Shown here in pieces: positions 9,701-18,783 of a stretch of 43,565 nucleotides of DNA. Under the pieces are notes generated by a model. That model was not told the origin of the DNA, did not search any database, and saw only the letters and a list, made by a program, of their open reading frames with translations. The stretch is from positions 1 to 43,565 of the IMG/VR virus record IMGVR_UViG_3300022741_000073; one strand, 5' to 3'. How positions within the stretch are numbered: the stretch's first letter is position 1; each line of letters opens with the position of its first letter. Both the position numbers and the translations under genes were made by a program. Origin of the DNA: a virus (lineage: Duplodnaviria; Caudoviricetes).

Positions 9701-12700
9701 TCGCGCCGGCGCCGGCGGCGCCCAGATAACCCGACAGACCGCCGCTGATGCCGCCCGTCTGGGTGGCGCTGGAGGTGGCCGCCTTGGTGGCGACGTTGCC
9801 GACACCGCCCGGAACGGAAGCCACGCCGATGCCCTGCGCCGACGATGCCAGTCCGCCGGCGGTCGAGGCCACCTGCGTCGTGGTCGAGGTCAGCTGCGTG
9901 CCGATGCCGAGCGTGCTGTAGCCCCAGCTGTCGAGCGCGGCGGACATGCCGCCAGGAACCATCTTGTCGAGCGCCCAGCCGGCACCCTTGCTCAAGGCCG
10001 TGCTGGTCAGGCTGCCGCCGATGCCGCCGCCCTGCCCCGCCTGTCCCGTTTGCCCGCCGCTGCCGCCGAAGAAATCGAAGACGGTGGGCAGGTTGCTGCC
10101 CATCACCCAGTTCTTGATCGGGTTGATGAGCGCCATCTTCAGCGCGAGCTGCTGCAGCTCGACGCTGACGGTGCCGATGGCGTCCGCCCACGACATGGTC
10201 GACTTGCCGGCGGCGGACAGCTTCTGCAGGATGGCGTCGAAGCTGCGGTCGCCGAACTGCTCCAGCTCCTGATAGGCGCTGTTCGCCCGCTCCAGCGCGA
10301 GGTTCTGCCGGGCGAGCGCTTCGGCGTTGGCCAGATAGGCCTGCCCTTCCCGGCTGGCGGCGTCGATGTTGCGGTCGCGCAGGTCGATCAGGGCCTGGGT
10401 GCGCGCCAGCTCCACCGCCCGCTGTTCCGCCGACGCGCCGATCAGCTGCAGCTGCTGGCGACCCAGCTCCAGCTGGTCGCGCTGCTGCTGAAGCATCGGC
10501 CCGGCCGCCGCGGCCGACTCCAGCTGCTGCGCCTCGGTCAGCAGCTCGACGTAATGCGCCTTGGCCTCATTGTATTTCTGGGTCCCCTCTTCTCCTTCCT
10601 TCAGCGCCAGCGTGTGGGCCTGCTCGGCCAGCTCGGTCGCCTTGACCGCCTTCGGCCCCTGCTCGTAGGCGTCCATCAGCGCCCGGGCCGAGCGGATGCG
10701 GTCCTGGATCGGCTGGTCGGCGTCCTGGCGCAGCTGCTGAACGGTCAGCGCCTCGATGCGGGCCTCGGCCGCCGCGGCGGCATCGCCATAGCCCTTCAGC
10801 CCGGCCGCCGCCACCCGGTTGGCCGCAGCAGCGGCGCGCTGGGCGGCCTCGCCCTTGCCGGCGGCAGCGGTCAGCCGCTGCTGGGCGGCGACATCCATGG
10901 TGAGCTGGGTGACCTGGGCGCCGACCTCGCCGGCCAGCTCGGCCCGCGCCTTGCGCAGCAGCTGGGTGCGGGTGCTGCCCTCCTGCGCCGGGTCGAGGCC
11001 CTCGCGCAGCCGCTTGGCCACCTCCACCTCGACCTCGGCCGCCTTGATCGTCGCCGGGTTGCCCGACGCCCGCGCCCGGGCCAGCTTTTCGGTGGCGTCG
11101 GCCTCCAGCGTCAGCAGCCGCACCGCTTCCGCCGACTCCGCCGGAACGATCCGGGTCTTCAGCCGGCCGCGCACGACGTCGCGCTGGGCGTCCCAGCTCT
11201 GATAGGCGCTGTCGTCGGAGGAGCGGCCGCGGTCCTGCAGGCCGGTGACGACGGGGGTTTTCTGCTCGGGCGGTGGCCCGACCATGTCCCCGACGCGGCG
11301 CTCCAGCCCTTCCGGCAGCGACAGGGTCCAGCTCTTAGCCCCCAGCTCGGCCAGCTTGGTGGCCACGCCCCCCACGGCCGAGCCCAGCCCGACGAAGCGC
11401 GAGGCGGCGGTGTCGGCGGTCTGGCCGGCGGCGAGCACCGCCTTGGCCGCTTCGTCCGCCGGGTTGTTCAGCAGCGCCAGCCGGGCGGCCAGTTCCTTGG
11501 ATGTCTTCGCCGCGGCTTCCGCCTTGGTCGCCGGATCGGCCAGACGCTGCGCCAGCTCCAGCAGCGGCTTGCCGGCGGCGCCGGCGTTGCGGCCGACCTC
11601 GTCCAGCACCCGCACCAGGGTGGCGATGGCTTCCGGATCGTCGGCCGCGGCCGAACGGAAAGCCTGGAAGGCAACGCGCAGCCGGTCCACCTGCTCGGCC
11701 GCCAGCCCCATCTGTTCATAGGCGCGGGCGGAGCCGGCGGTGTCGGTGGAGACGTTCCAGTCGCCCGACACCGGCCGCGCCACCGAATCCGGGCGGTAGA
11801 CCGCTGCCGAGGCGGCGCTGCGCTGGGCGGCGATCGCCTTGGCCTGTTCGGCCAGGGCCTCGTCCAGCTTGATCCGGGTCACCGCCCGCATGCTGTCGGA
11901 CAGGCGCCCGTACTGGGTGGCCAGCTGCTCGACATCCGCGGCCGAGTCCTTCACCGCGTCCTGGGCGGCGCGCTGCGCGTGTTCGAAGCTGTCGGCCGCG
12001 TCTTCGGCCGCCGTGGTGCGGGTGGCGAAGACCGCCACCGCGGCGGCGCCGGCCAGCAATGCCGCCCCCCACGGCCCGCCGACCAGCCCGAGCATGCCGG
12101 CACCGGCGGCCTTCACCCCGTTCCAGGCCGCGGTCAGCAGCGAGGCGCGCTGCGCCAGGGCGAGGCTCGCGGCGTTGGCGCTCACCGCCATCGTGGTGAG
12201 GTGGGCGTCGGCCATCACCACCGCTTCGCCGGCCGCCGCGGTGGCGAGCTGGGCGGCGCGCAGCCGGGCGAGCGAGGCCACCTTTTCCGCGTCGGCGGCA
12301 ATCGAGGCCTCGCGCGCCATCACCACGGCGGCCTCGGCATTGCGCTCCGTGGCGAGCGCCTTGGCCAGGACGTAAACGTTGGTGGTGAGGGCTGTCTTGG
12401 CCCGGGCCGACGTCAGCGCCGACTCTGCCGATGCCAGCGTGGTTGCCGCTCCGCTCGCGGCGGCGGCTTTGGCCGCAAACTCCGCCTCGGCCGCCTGCAC
12501 GGTCGCCGCGGTGGCGGCCCGCGCCGTCTGCGCCCGGATCAGGTTCTGCGCCGCCGCCAGCTTCTCGGCATTGGCAGCCTCGGCCGTGGCCACCGCCTTG
12601 GCGTAGAGGGCAACGCGCTGGTCGTCGATCGCCTGGGTCACCGCGGCAATGCCGGTCGGCATCATCCGCGCCGCGGCGATGGCCCCCAGCGCCAGGGCGG

Positions 12701-13571
12701 CACCGCCGGCGGCCTTGGTCACCGCATCGAGATTATCGGCCAGCACCAGGATGCCCGACGAAATGCCGGCGGTCAGCCCGACCGCCTGGTTCATCTGGCC
12801 GATCTGGCGCTGGGCGGTGTTGGCCAGCACCGTCAGACTGTCGGACACCGTGGTGGCGATGTGGCCGAACTCGGTATCGATGGCGGTGCCCTGCTTCAGC
12901 AGCGCGGTCACCACCCTGTCGGCGGTCAGCGCCCCCTGCTCGGCCAGCGACTTCAGGGCGCCCCGCGGCACGCCCAGCCCGTCGGCAAGCGCCTTGGCCA
13001 GCCGCGGCGAGGCCTCCATGACGCTGTTGAACTCGTCGCCGCGCAGCACGCCGCTGGCCATCGCCTGCGACAGCTGCACCAGCGCGCCGGCGGCGGTGCC
13101 GGCCTCGGTGCCCGAGATCTTGAAGGTCTTGGAAATGGTCTCGGTCAGCCGGATCACCTCGCCCTGGGACTTGCCCATGGTCAGCGCGGCGTCGGCCAGC
13201 GAGGTGTAGAGCCCGACCGCGGGCTCCATGGCCGAGCGGGCGCGTTGGGCGGCCTGGAACAGCTGCTCCTGGACGGCCACCGCCTTTTCGCCGGCGCCGG
13301 CATAGAGCGCGATCTTCGAGGCGGACAGACTCCAGGCGTCGGCCGCCTTGATCGCCTCGCCGGCCCCCTGCGCCAGCCCGATGCCGGCGACCACGCCGGC
13401 GACGCGGCCGGCGGCGCTGCCCAGGGCGTCGAAGCTGGAGGAGGCCCGGCGCACGGAGCCGTCGACGCGGCCGGCGAACTGGTCGACGCGGGCTTCCGCC
13501 TGCGACAGCACCCGCCGCAGGCCGGAGTCATCCGCACCGACCGGCACCATCATGCCGGGGAAATCAGCCAT
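6798..13571 (-). CDS. Tail tape measure protein, 2257 aa
   Basis: Tape-measure N domain (QLSQAMASGVLRGDEFNSVME), long Ala-rich helical body, C-terminal GFAAG..VGERGPEL; follows the chaperone genes. Confidence 0.93.
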   Translation of the reverse strand: MADFPGMMVPVGADDSGLRRVLSQAEARVDQFAGRVDGSVRRASSSFDALGSAAGRVAGVVAGIGLAQGAGEAIKAADAWSLSASKIALYAGAGEKAVAVQEQLFQAAQRARSAMEPAVGLYTSLADAALTMGKSQGEVIRLTETISKTFKISGTEAGTAAGALVQLSQAMASGVLRGDEFNSVMEASPRLAKALADGLGVPRGALKSLAEQGALTADRVVTALLKQGTAIDTEFGHIATTVSDSLTVLANTAQRQIGQMNQAVGLTAGISSGILVLADNLDAVTKAAGGAALALGAIAAARMMPTGIAAVTQAIDDQRVALYAKAVATAEAANAEKLAAAQNLIRAQTARAATAATVQAAEAEFAAKAAAASGAATTLASAESALTSARAKTALTTNVYVLAKALATERNAEAAVVMAREASIAADAEKVASLARLRAAQLATAAAGEAVVMADAHLTTMAVSANAASLALAQRASLLTAAWNGVKAAGAGMLGLVGGPWGAALLAGAAAVAVFATRTTAAEDAADSFEHAQRAAQDAVKDSAADVEQLATQYGRLSDSMRAVTRIKLDEALAEQAKAIAAQRSAASAAVYRPDSVARPVSGDWNVSTDTAGSARAYEQMGLAAEQVDRLRVAFQAFRSAAADDPEAIATLVRVLDEVGRNAGAAGKPLLELAQRLADPATKAEAAAKTSKELAARLALLNNPADEAAKAVLAAGQTADTAASRFVGLGSAVGGVATKLAELGAKSWTLSLPEGLERRVGDMVGPPPEQKTPVVTGLQDRGRSSDDSAYQSWDAQRDVVRGRLKTRIVPAESAEAVRLLTLEADATEKLARARASGNPATIKAAEVEVEVAKRLREGLDPAQEGSTRTQLLRKARAELAGEVGAQVTQLTMDVAAQQRLTAAAGKGEAAQRAAAAANRVAAAGLKGYGDAAAAAEARIEALTVQQLRQDADQPIQDRIRSARALMDAYEQGPKAVKATELAEQAHTLALKEGEEGTQKYNEAKAHYVELLTEAQQLESAAAAGPMLQQQRDQLELGRQQLQLIGASAEQRAVELARTQALIDLRDRNIDAASREGQAYLANAEALARQNLALERANSAYQELEQFGDRSFDAILQKLSAAGKSTMSWADAIGTVSVELQQLALKMALINPIKNWVMGSNLPTVFDFFGGSGGQTGQAGQGGGIGGSLTSTALSKGAGWALDKMVPGGMSAALDSWGYSTLGIGTQLTSTTTQVASTAGGLASSAQGIGVASVPGGVGNVATKAATSSATQTGGISGGLSGYLGAAGAGAIGGTIGGYLGTAANSKAVGGLSGAALGAGASYLASAMGLGAIGGPIGLAIGAVVGGIMGMIGTQKATVGPNSSGNIVLNGKGGFRTDTALADNGADAGQMQQVTDAVAASMNAIVSGIGGKLTGGDGVNTALIQQFAKDGKWYVTPTVGDKAGQKTAFTDQNEAIAFYMRESLKGLIGTGQLTGANDDVKTALTTSKATKAEDLATDLGFAAGFRQQLDGMNASLDPTNNLLKTFTDNSKAIGESVKTNITDWRSKASELGLATETELTAAARKGIEAMMGLGPATEPLVGMAAATKQAEIEFEQFRPALLSLGYTTGEVAELAARYTRRLQDSYADAVAYVQRQGAVAIEALIDPSAKSSALDRLQGLGLDRTNAAIAGLAGVIDGVERAASSGTLTIEAERAALGRLNGALYDGTISGDQYTTMVGYLTQAWQDSADAAQTAAEKAKALASYQADITGRMAAALGNSRGAGLIALDAQHAAALADATAAGYDTTRLRLVQMAERGAQAFTLAQQDLLDAYDREIAARQEVVDSIQSGAIALLQAAQQFKDARAALREGDDSPLAPRQKIQEATDRFDAAYAVLKDSSSTDADKDTARQTLLQVGPTLVALEKAASGGTASTLFDKVDRVFAELGDTGGLSLDTATQDLQVAQDQLKELQKARAEAAGFGQRQLGSLSGLRDVMDQSYAVWQAALSPLQKLTGTTPGTTPGTTQPTTVDASRYAAPAAIQADWDSLSAGQQLAVTRQIGWQGAIDDSLNIWLATSAGKAGSFESAVSTLADKRRRLLAFSAADIEANFGQFPDIQAARAANPAFDLAEWFMRAGIDEVLAGTRHIPGFAAGTLSTPPGAVWVGERGPELLWQGGGAAVASSADSLRIASAFDAAVSGLSPPAPTVSFRRPDLDAGGAGVAELLEAVEGLRDDIRAIGRDALTQRARIGADAAALLARVEAATGDLPRKLANTRRAA

Positions 13572-13583
13572 GCCGGTCTCCGG

Positions 13584-13614
13584 AAACGAAAAGGGCGCCG
13601 GTCACCCGGCGCCC
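13584..13614 (-). terminator. Putative intrinsic terminator just upstream of the tape measure gene
   Basis: 9-bp stem GGGCGCCGG/CCGGCGCCC followed by TTTTCGTTT on the minus strand. Confidence 0.55.
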
Positions 13615-13868
13615 CTGCCCTGTTGTGAGCGCTTGAGGCCGAACACGGCCCGCGCCCGCTCCTTCAGCTCCGCCGTGTCCTTGGGCTTGCGCTTTTGGCG
13701 CTTGGCCCCGGGGGTGGTGGCGGCGAGAAAATCGACCTTCCCGTCCAGGGCCAGCTGGATGTCGGGGAACGGGGCGTCCAGCGCCTCGCTGCGCGACCAT
13801 CCCAGCCAGCCGGTGGCGTATGCGAACATCCGGTCCACATACTCCGGGAAGGTCAGCCGGCTTCCCCC
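13602..13868 (-). CDS. Tail assembly chaperone frameshift extension (gpT-like part of gpGT)
   Basis: Open -1 frame (GGSRLTFPEYVDRMFAYATGWLGWS..) entered at G GGG GAA. An independent ATG also exists at 13829. Confidence 0.7.
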   Translation of the reverse strand, partial: GGSRLTFPEYVDRMFAYATGWLGWSRSEALDAPFPDIQLALDGKVDFLAATTPGAKRQKRKPKDTAELKERARAVFGLKRSQQGRGAG

Positions 13869-14242
13869 GATGCGGCGGCCTCGCTGCCGGCGTCGGGTTT
13901 CGCGGGCTTGGCGGTGTCCGTCCTGGGCGCCTTGCCACCGCCGGCGAGGAAATTCAGGAACAGCAGCACCTGCGGCGCGACGACGACGACACCCTCGGCG
14001 AAGATCGCCTCGGCGGTGGCCTCGGCCTGCTTGCCGACGCGGCCGGCGGCGGCGTTGACGACGTTCACCAGCGTGTCGAAATCGAAGGCGTTGGTGTTGG
14101 TAAAGGCCTGCTGCAGGCCGCCATAGAGGCGGCAGATGGTGCGGCTGGCGCGGACATTGGCGAACAGCTCGACGTCTTCGCCGTCGAGGCTGATAGTCAT
14201 CACGCCGTGCGCGAAGCGCGGCGCCGTGCTGGGGACGGTCAT
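13853..14242 (-). CDS. Tail assembly chaperone (gpG-like)
   Basis: 129 aa between the major tail and tape measure genes, ending in a slippery heptamer. Confidence 0.75.
   Translation of the reverse strand: MTVPSTAPRFAHGVMTISLDGEDVELFANVRASRTICRLYGGLQQAFTNTNAFDFDTLVNVVNAAAGRVGKQAEATAEAIFAEGVVVVAPQVLLFLNFLAGGGKAPRTDTAKPAKPDAGSEAAASGEAG
13862..13868 (-). other. Programmed -1 ribosomal frameshift site GGGGGAA
   Basis: TCG GGG GAA GCC GGC TGA at the chaperone 3' end; the -1 frame stays open to 13602. Confidence 0.7.
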
Positions 14243-14306
14243 GGCAGGATCTCGCTTTGGACGGGGAGACGGGCCGGCAGCCAGGAAAGACTGCCGGCAT
14301 CGGTGC

Positions 14307-14795
14307 TTACGGCGCGTCGGCCGCCACCTCGATCGGCTCGGCGTCGATTTCCAGCCCGACGCTGGCCTCGATCACCTTGTCGTTGCCACCGATTTCGGTG
14401 GTGTAGCCCATGACGTAGGCGTTCAGATAAATCGTGGTCGGCGTGCCGCCGTCGGGGGCGTCGTCGAACTCGATCTTGTGGTTGTGGGCCGTCTTGCGGT
14501 TCTTCGCCGCCGCCTTCACCGCCGCCTGCCCGGTGCCGGTCGGAATGCGGGCCAGCTTCACGGTGGCCGAGCCGTAGTCGACGGTGCCCTTCTTCTTGTG
14601 GACGGCGCCGTCGCCCAGCGTCTTGTACGTGACCTTCTCGTACTGCTCACCGAAAGCGCCGAAATCCTCGACCTCCTCGACCTCGACCCAGGTCAGGGCC
14701 TTGTATTCGGCTTCGGTGGTGCATTTCTTGGTGGCGTTGGCCCCGGTGGCGATGAAATAGCGCGTGCCGGCGCTCTGAACAGCGTTGCCGCTCAT
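14307..14795 (-). CDS. Major tail tube protein
   Basis: WVEVEEVEDFGAFG..KKKGTVDYGS..TGQAAVKAA pattern; position after the tail terminator. Confidence 0.85.
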   Translation of the reverse strand: MSGNAVQSAGTRYFIATGANATKKCTTEAEYKALTWVEVEEVEDFGAFGEQYEKVTYKTLGDGAVHKKKGTVDYGSATVKLARIPTGTGQAAVKAAAKNRKTAHNHKIEFDDAPDGGTPTTIYLNAYVMGYTTEIGGNDKVIEASVGLEIDAEPIEVAADAP

Positions 14796-14816
14796 GGGAA
14801 TGCCCCTCCTTCGGGC

Positions 14817-14846
14817 AAAAAATAAGCCGCCCGAAGTCCGGGCGGC
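14817..14846 (-). terminator. Putative intrinsic terminator upstream of the major tail gene
   Basis: GCCGCCCG/CGGGCGGC stem followed by TTATTTTTT on the minus strand. Confidence 0.5.
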
Positions 14847-14886
14847 GGGGATGCTCCGGAGGTTCCGGAGGGCTCAGGCGTCAGAC

Positions 14887-15306
14887 TCAGGGGTTGGGCT
14901 GGCCGAACGTGGTCTGGTAGCTCACGACGAACTGCAGGCGGGTCACCCCGGCCTTCAGCTCGCCGCTGGTCAGGCGGTCGGTGACGGTGCGCACCAGCTC
15001 GATGCGGTCCAGCGCGCCGCCGAACCGGCCGCCGCCGGCGATGGCCTGCTCGATGCGCAGCGCCATGGCGTCCAGCTGGTCGTCCAGGTCGGCACCGGCG
15101 CGGACGTAACCGTCGACATAGAGGTCCATGCGCCGCAATTGGCGCCGGCTGCCCGTGGTGATTTCCTGCGTTGCCTCATCGGGCGTGAACAGGCCGATGC
15201 AGGGCAGCGCGTCCGGCTGCAACGGATCGTCCCGGTTGGCGGTGACGGGAGCGACGGAGGCAAGCGCCGCGGCGATGGCGGTGCGGATCCGGGTGCGGGG
15301 GTGCAT
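14887..15306 (-). CDS. Tail terminator/completion protein
   Basis: HPRTRIRTAI..LPCIGLF..DDQLDAMALRIEQAI; size and position. Confidence 0.7.
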   Translation of the reverse strand: MHPRTRIRTAIAAALASVAPVTANRDDPLQPDALPCIGLFTPDEATQEITTGSRRQLRRMDLYVDGYVRAGADLDDQLDAMALRIEQAIAGGGRFGGALDRIELVRTVTDRLTSGELKAGVTRLQFVVSYQTTFGQPNP

Positions 15307-15608
15307 CAGCGCGACTCCCGCAACAGCAGGACGGTCATGCCCTGCCCGTCCGGCCGCGGCTCGGACACCGTGAAGGACAGGCCGCGCAGCTCGACGGCGG
15401 AACCGGCGGGCACCGGTCCGCCCATGTCGGCGTCGACCACGGCCAGCGAGGTCATCAGCGTGGAGACCGGCCCGTCGTCGGTCTCCACCTGATAGTGCCG
15501 GCGGTCGAAGATGCCGGTGACGGTGATGTCGGGACGGCCGGGACGGCGGATCACCGCCGGCTCACCGAAAGCACCGATGCAAGCGCTGTTCAGATCATCG
15601 AAGAACAT
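15306..15608 (-). CDS. Head-tail joining protein (gpFII-like)
   Basis: FGEP..VTGIFD..PRPDGQGMTVLLL pattern, 100 aa. Confidence 0.75.
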   Translation of the reverse strand: MFFDDLNSACIGAFGEPAVIRRPGRPDITVTGIFDRRHYQVETDDGPVSTLMTSLAVVDADMGGPVPAGSAVELRGLSFTVSEPRPDGQGMTVLLLRESR

Positions 15609-15628
15609 GGACGATCCCCCGAAACACG

Positions 15629-15652
15629 ACGGGCGGCCCGAAGGCCGCCCGT
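15629..15652 (-). terminator. Stable hairpin after the capsid genes (terminator or mRNA stabiliser)
   Basis: 10-bp stem ACGGGCGGCC/GGCCGCCCGT with a C(UUCG)G loop on the minus strand; weak U-tract. Confidence 0.5.
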
Positions 15653-15680
15653 GTCGCGTCGCTGGTGATGGTGATGCCGA

Positions 15681-16010
15681 TCACCCCTGCAGAGCGGCCC
15701 AGGCCCGGTCACGCTGGTCGGCGGAGACCTCTGCCCCCAACAGCTCGCCCAGCGCCTTCAGCTCCGGCTTGCCGCCCTTGAAGTGCTTGGCATTCGCCGG
15801 GTCCAGCTTGCCGATCGCCGCGATGATGCGGTCGAGCGGCAGTTCCTCCACGTCGGCCGCGTCGCCGGCCTTCACCCAGCGGGCGAAGCCGCGGGCCACC
15901 AGCGAGGTAACCTGCTCGTCCTCCGGGTCCTTGACCTCGATGACGGCCCCCGGCCGCAGCGTGGTCTCCTTGGCCACCTTCACAGTGACCAGCAGGCGCA
16001 GCTTGGCCAT
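15681..16010 (-). CDS. Head-associated hypothetical protein (gpFI position)
   Basis: 109 aa directly downstream of the capsid gene, with RBS. Confidence 0.55.
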   Translation of the reverse strand: MAKLRLLVTVKVAKETTLRPGAVIEVKDPEDEQVTSLVARGFARWVKAGDAADVEELPLDRIIAAIGKLDPANAKHFKGGKPELKALGELLGAEVSADQRDRAWAALQG

Positions 16011-16013
16011 GGC

Positions 16014-17039
16014 TCACCTCACCGTCGCGCACATGCAGGCGTTGGGGCGCCGCGGGTAGACCAGCGGCGCCGACTGGCTCAGCAGCATGCGCCGGCCCGG
16101 GTTCTCTTCGATCCAGCTCTTGGGGAAGACCTCCAGGGCCTGGTAGCCGGCGCGCGGGTCGAGGATGGCGCCGTGGGCCTGGATGCCCTCCATGGCGCCG
16201 GTGGCGCCCAGCAGGACCGTGTGATCCGGCAGCAGCTCCCTGGTGACGCCATTGTCCTTGTACGTATCGTTGTATGTATAAAATTCCACCATCCCGATCC
16301 GGCCCTTGAACACCGGGGTGCCGGGCACGCCGGGCTGGAAGCCCATCTGGACGATGGCGGCCTGCCCCAGCGTGCGGTCGAGCACCTTCTCCAGCTTGGG
16401 GTCGGCTTCGAACAGCGCCCAGGCCTTGGCGTCCATCACCACGACGTTGACCGCGGCGCCGGACTTCCGCCCCACCAGGTCGATCCATTCCGACACGTCG
16501 GCATAGGGCGACACGCCGGATTCGCCCCAGCGGACGGCGCCGGACAGCGCAAGGGTCAAATCCCCGTCACGCTGGAAGTCCACCAGAACCTCCGGGTAAT
16601 CGTCGCCCTTCACCACGCATTTGCCGGTGCGCAGGACCTCGGCCGCCATCACCTCCTTGCGGCGCAGGATCTGGGTCAGCTGGCGCTGCAGCTTGGCGCC
16701 CAGGATGGCCTGTTCGCGGGCGCCGGCCGACAGGGTGCCGGTCAGCGGTTCGCCGGCCAGCCGGCGCAGCGGCTCGCCCGGCTTGATGTCGTGCAGCGGC
16801 TTCACATAGGCCGGGGCGAACATCCTGGTTTCATAGCCGGTGTCCGACCCGACGCGGCCGGCGGCCAGCGGCGAGACGAAGGGGGCGATCTCGATGTCAT
16901 CGACCTCGACGTCGAAAATGATTTTCTCAGTGTCGCTGAAGCTGGCCAGCGGGAAGAACATGTTCAGCAGGAAGCGGGGGGCCTTGGCGCGCAGCGACTG
17001 CAGCACCCCCAGCATGGCGAGCGTCGAATAGATGTCCAT
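16014..17039 (-). CDS. Major capsid protein, lambda gpE family
   Basis: IAPFVSP, FAPAYVKP, RRKEVMAA, LLSQSAPL motifs; 341 aa. Confidence 0.95.
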   Translation of the reverse strand: MDIYSTLAMLGVLQSLRAKAPRFLLNMFFPLASFSDTEKIIFDVEVDDIEIAPFVSPLAAGRVGSDTGYETRMFAPAYVKPLHDIKPGEPLRRLAGEPLTGTLSAGAREQAILGAKLQRQLTQILRRKEVMAAEVLRTGKCVVKGDDYPEVLVDFQRDGDLTLALSGAVRWGESGVSPYADVSEWIDLVGRKSGAAVNVVVMDAKAWALFEADPKLEKVLDRTLGQAAIVQMGFQPGVPGTPVFKGRIGMVEFYTYNDTYKDNGVTRELLPDHTVLLGATGAMEGIQAHGAILDPRAGYQALEVFPKSWIEENPGRRMLLSQSAPLVYPRRPNACMCATVR

Positions 17040-17051
17040 GGGTGGGCGTCC

Positions 17052-17411
17052 TCAGAGGAAGATCGACAGATCGCGCAGCGCGTCGGCCGCCGACGCGGCA
17101 GAGTGGCCGGCGCCGAAGGTCAGCTCGCCCGCAGTGAACTCGCCGGTCAGGTAGACGACGGCGACCACGTCGGACAGGCTGGCGTCCACCGGCTCGGCCA
17201 GCACCGCACGCACCGCTTCGGAGCCGTCGCCGGACGCGGCGGCCGACAGGGTGAACTTCCTGCTGGCGGTGATGCGGCCGAGCACGGCGCCGGCCGGGAG
17301 CACGCCGGCGCCGCTGGCGACGGTCACCAGCCGGGTGATGCGCGGGAAGTCGCCGGCGATCAGCGACGGCAGCGGCTGGCTGGTCTGGGAGGAGAAGCTG
17401 GCGGAGGTCAT
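17052..17411 (-). CDS. Head decoration protein (gpD family)
   Basis: GAVLGRIT..DGSE..AVLAE..VYLTGEF motif, immediately upstream of the capsid gene. Confidence 0.9.
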   Translation of the reverse strand: MTSASFSSQTSQPLPSLIAGDFPRITRLVTVASGAGVLPAGAVLGRITASRKFTLSAAASGDGSEAVRAVLAEPVDASLSDVVAVVYLTGEFTAGELTFGAGHSAASAADALRDLSIFL

Positions 17412-17923
17412 CGGGTGCCGTCCTTTGCAATGAGCCCGACGGCGGCCATGCTGGCCAGCACCGCGGCGGCGGCCTTCTGGTCGTCGCTCAGGGTGGCGGT
17501 GTCGGTAGAGGCGCCGACGGTCGGGTTGGGGTGGGCGTCCATGGCGGCGAGCGCCAGCGGATTGCCGGTGGGGGTCGAGGCGCTGGACGCGGTCGCGCCG
17601 ATGGGGGCGGCCTCCAGCGCGGCGCAGGCCGCCTCGACCGTCAGGTCGGTGTTGAAGGCCAGATGGGCGGCGAGCTGGACACGGCCGGCGGCGGCGGGTG
17701 CCGCGAAGATGGCGGCGCAGCGCTCGCGCTCGCTGGGTGCGGCGGCTTGCTGGTCAACGGCTTTCGGTTCGTCACCGTCTGCCGGCTTCTCCTTGTCGTC
17801 TTCCTGATCCTGCTGACCGGACTCTTCGCCGGTCTTGGTGCTGTCGGTGCCCGCCTGGGTCTCCCCGTCCGCCGCCTTGGAGCGGCCGAAGGGGTTCAGG
17901 TGAGCGAAGTTGAAACTCTTCAC
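17408..17923 (-). CDS. Putative scaffolding protein (Nu3-like)
   Basis: Acidic N-terminus and ERERCAAIF..AAGRVQLAAHLAF motif; follows the protease. Confidence 0.65.
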   Translation of the reverse strand: MKSFNFAHLNPFGRSKAADGETQAGTDSTKTGEESGQQDQEDDKEKPADGDEPKAVDQQAAAPSERERCAAIFAAPAAAGRVQLAAHLAFNTDLTVEAACAALEAAPIGATASSASTPTGNPLALAAMDAHPNPTVGASTDTATLSDDQKAAAAVLASMAAVGLIAKDGTR

Positions 17924-18768
17924 TGGATGTCCCTCACATGATCCACCAGGGCCGAAAAGGCCTGGTCGGGTGGCAGGACCGCATCGGCCAGCCCAAGGCG
18001 CACGGCCTCGGCGGTGCCGATCGGCCCCTCAAAGCAGCGGGCCTCGGTGGCGAGGACCGCAGCCACGTCCAGCCCGCGGGCGCGGGCGACGGTTTCGGCG
18101 AAGAGCTGGCGCAGCGCGTCGACCTGCCCTTGCCAGTCGGCCCGCACCGCCTCGGGCAGGGCGGCGTAGGGGTGGCCATCGGTCTTGTGGGCTCCGGACT
18201 GGATGATGGTCGGCGTCAGCCCGGCCTCCTCCAGCATGCGGGAATAGTCCCAGTGCATCAGCCAGACGCCGATCGATCCCACCCCGCCGGTGCGCGGCAC
18301 CGCGATGCTGTCGGCGGCGCAGGCGATGGCGTAGGCGGCGGAATAGGCCTCTTCGCTGCAGATGGCTCCCACCGGCTTGCCCGCGGCTTTCTTCGCGGCG
18401 ACGATCCAGTCCACCAGGTCGAAACAGCCCTGGGCGATGCCGCCACCGCTGTCGATGTCGAGGCAGACGGCGCGCACGTCCGGATCGGCGAAGGCGTGCG
18501 CCAGCTGGAAGCGCAGCCCGTCGTAGCCGGTGACCCAACTGCTGCCGATGTAGCCCAGCTTGGGCACCAGCAGCCCGGCGACCGACACCACCGCCACGCC
18601 CTGGTCCACCTCGTAGGGCCGGCGCGTGCCGTTGACCTCGCCCAGCCGATAACACCCAGCCGGCAGCTCCCCGCCGGCGCGGTTCGCCCGGGTCATCTGC
18701 ACCATGCGCGCAGCCGCCGTCTCGGCCCAGGCTGGGGACACCAGCACGGGCTGCATCGTCTTCAGCAT
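17920..18768 (-). CDS. Prohead protease, S49 family (gpC-like)
   Basis: LDIDSGGG, AYSAAYAIA, GGVGSIGV, GAHKTDG, AVRLGLAD. Confidence 0.92.
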   Translation of the reverse strand: MLKTMQPVLVSPAWAETAAARMVQMTRANRAGGELPAGCYRLGEVNGTRRPYEVDQGVAVVSVAGLLVPKLGYIGSSWVTGYDGLRFQLAHAFADPDVRAVCLDIDSGGGIAQGCFDLVDWIVAAKKAAGKPVGAICSEEAYSAAYAIACAADSIAVPRTGGVGSIGVWLMHWDYSRMLEEAGLTPTIIQSGAHKTDGHPYAALPEAVRADWQGQVDALRQLFAETVARARGLDVAAVLATEARCFEGPIGTAEAVRLGLADAVLPPDQAFSALVDHVRDIQ

Positions 18769-18783
18769 GTCAGGGGGACTCCG

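Noticed and set aside
7197-13628. 2143-aa plus-strand ORF
   Set aside because: Antisense shadow of the high-GC tape measure gene; no motifs, and it opposes the operon direction.
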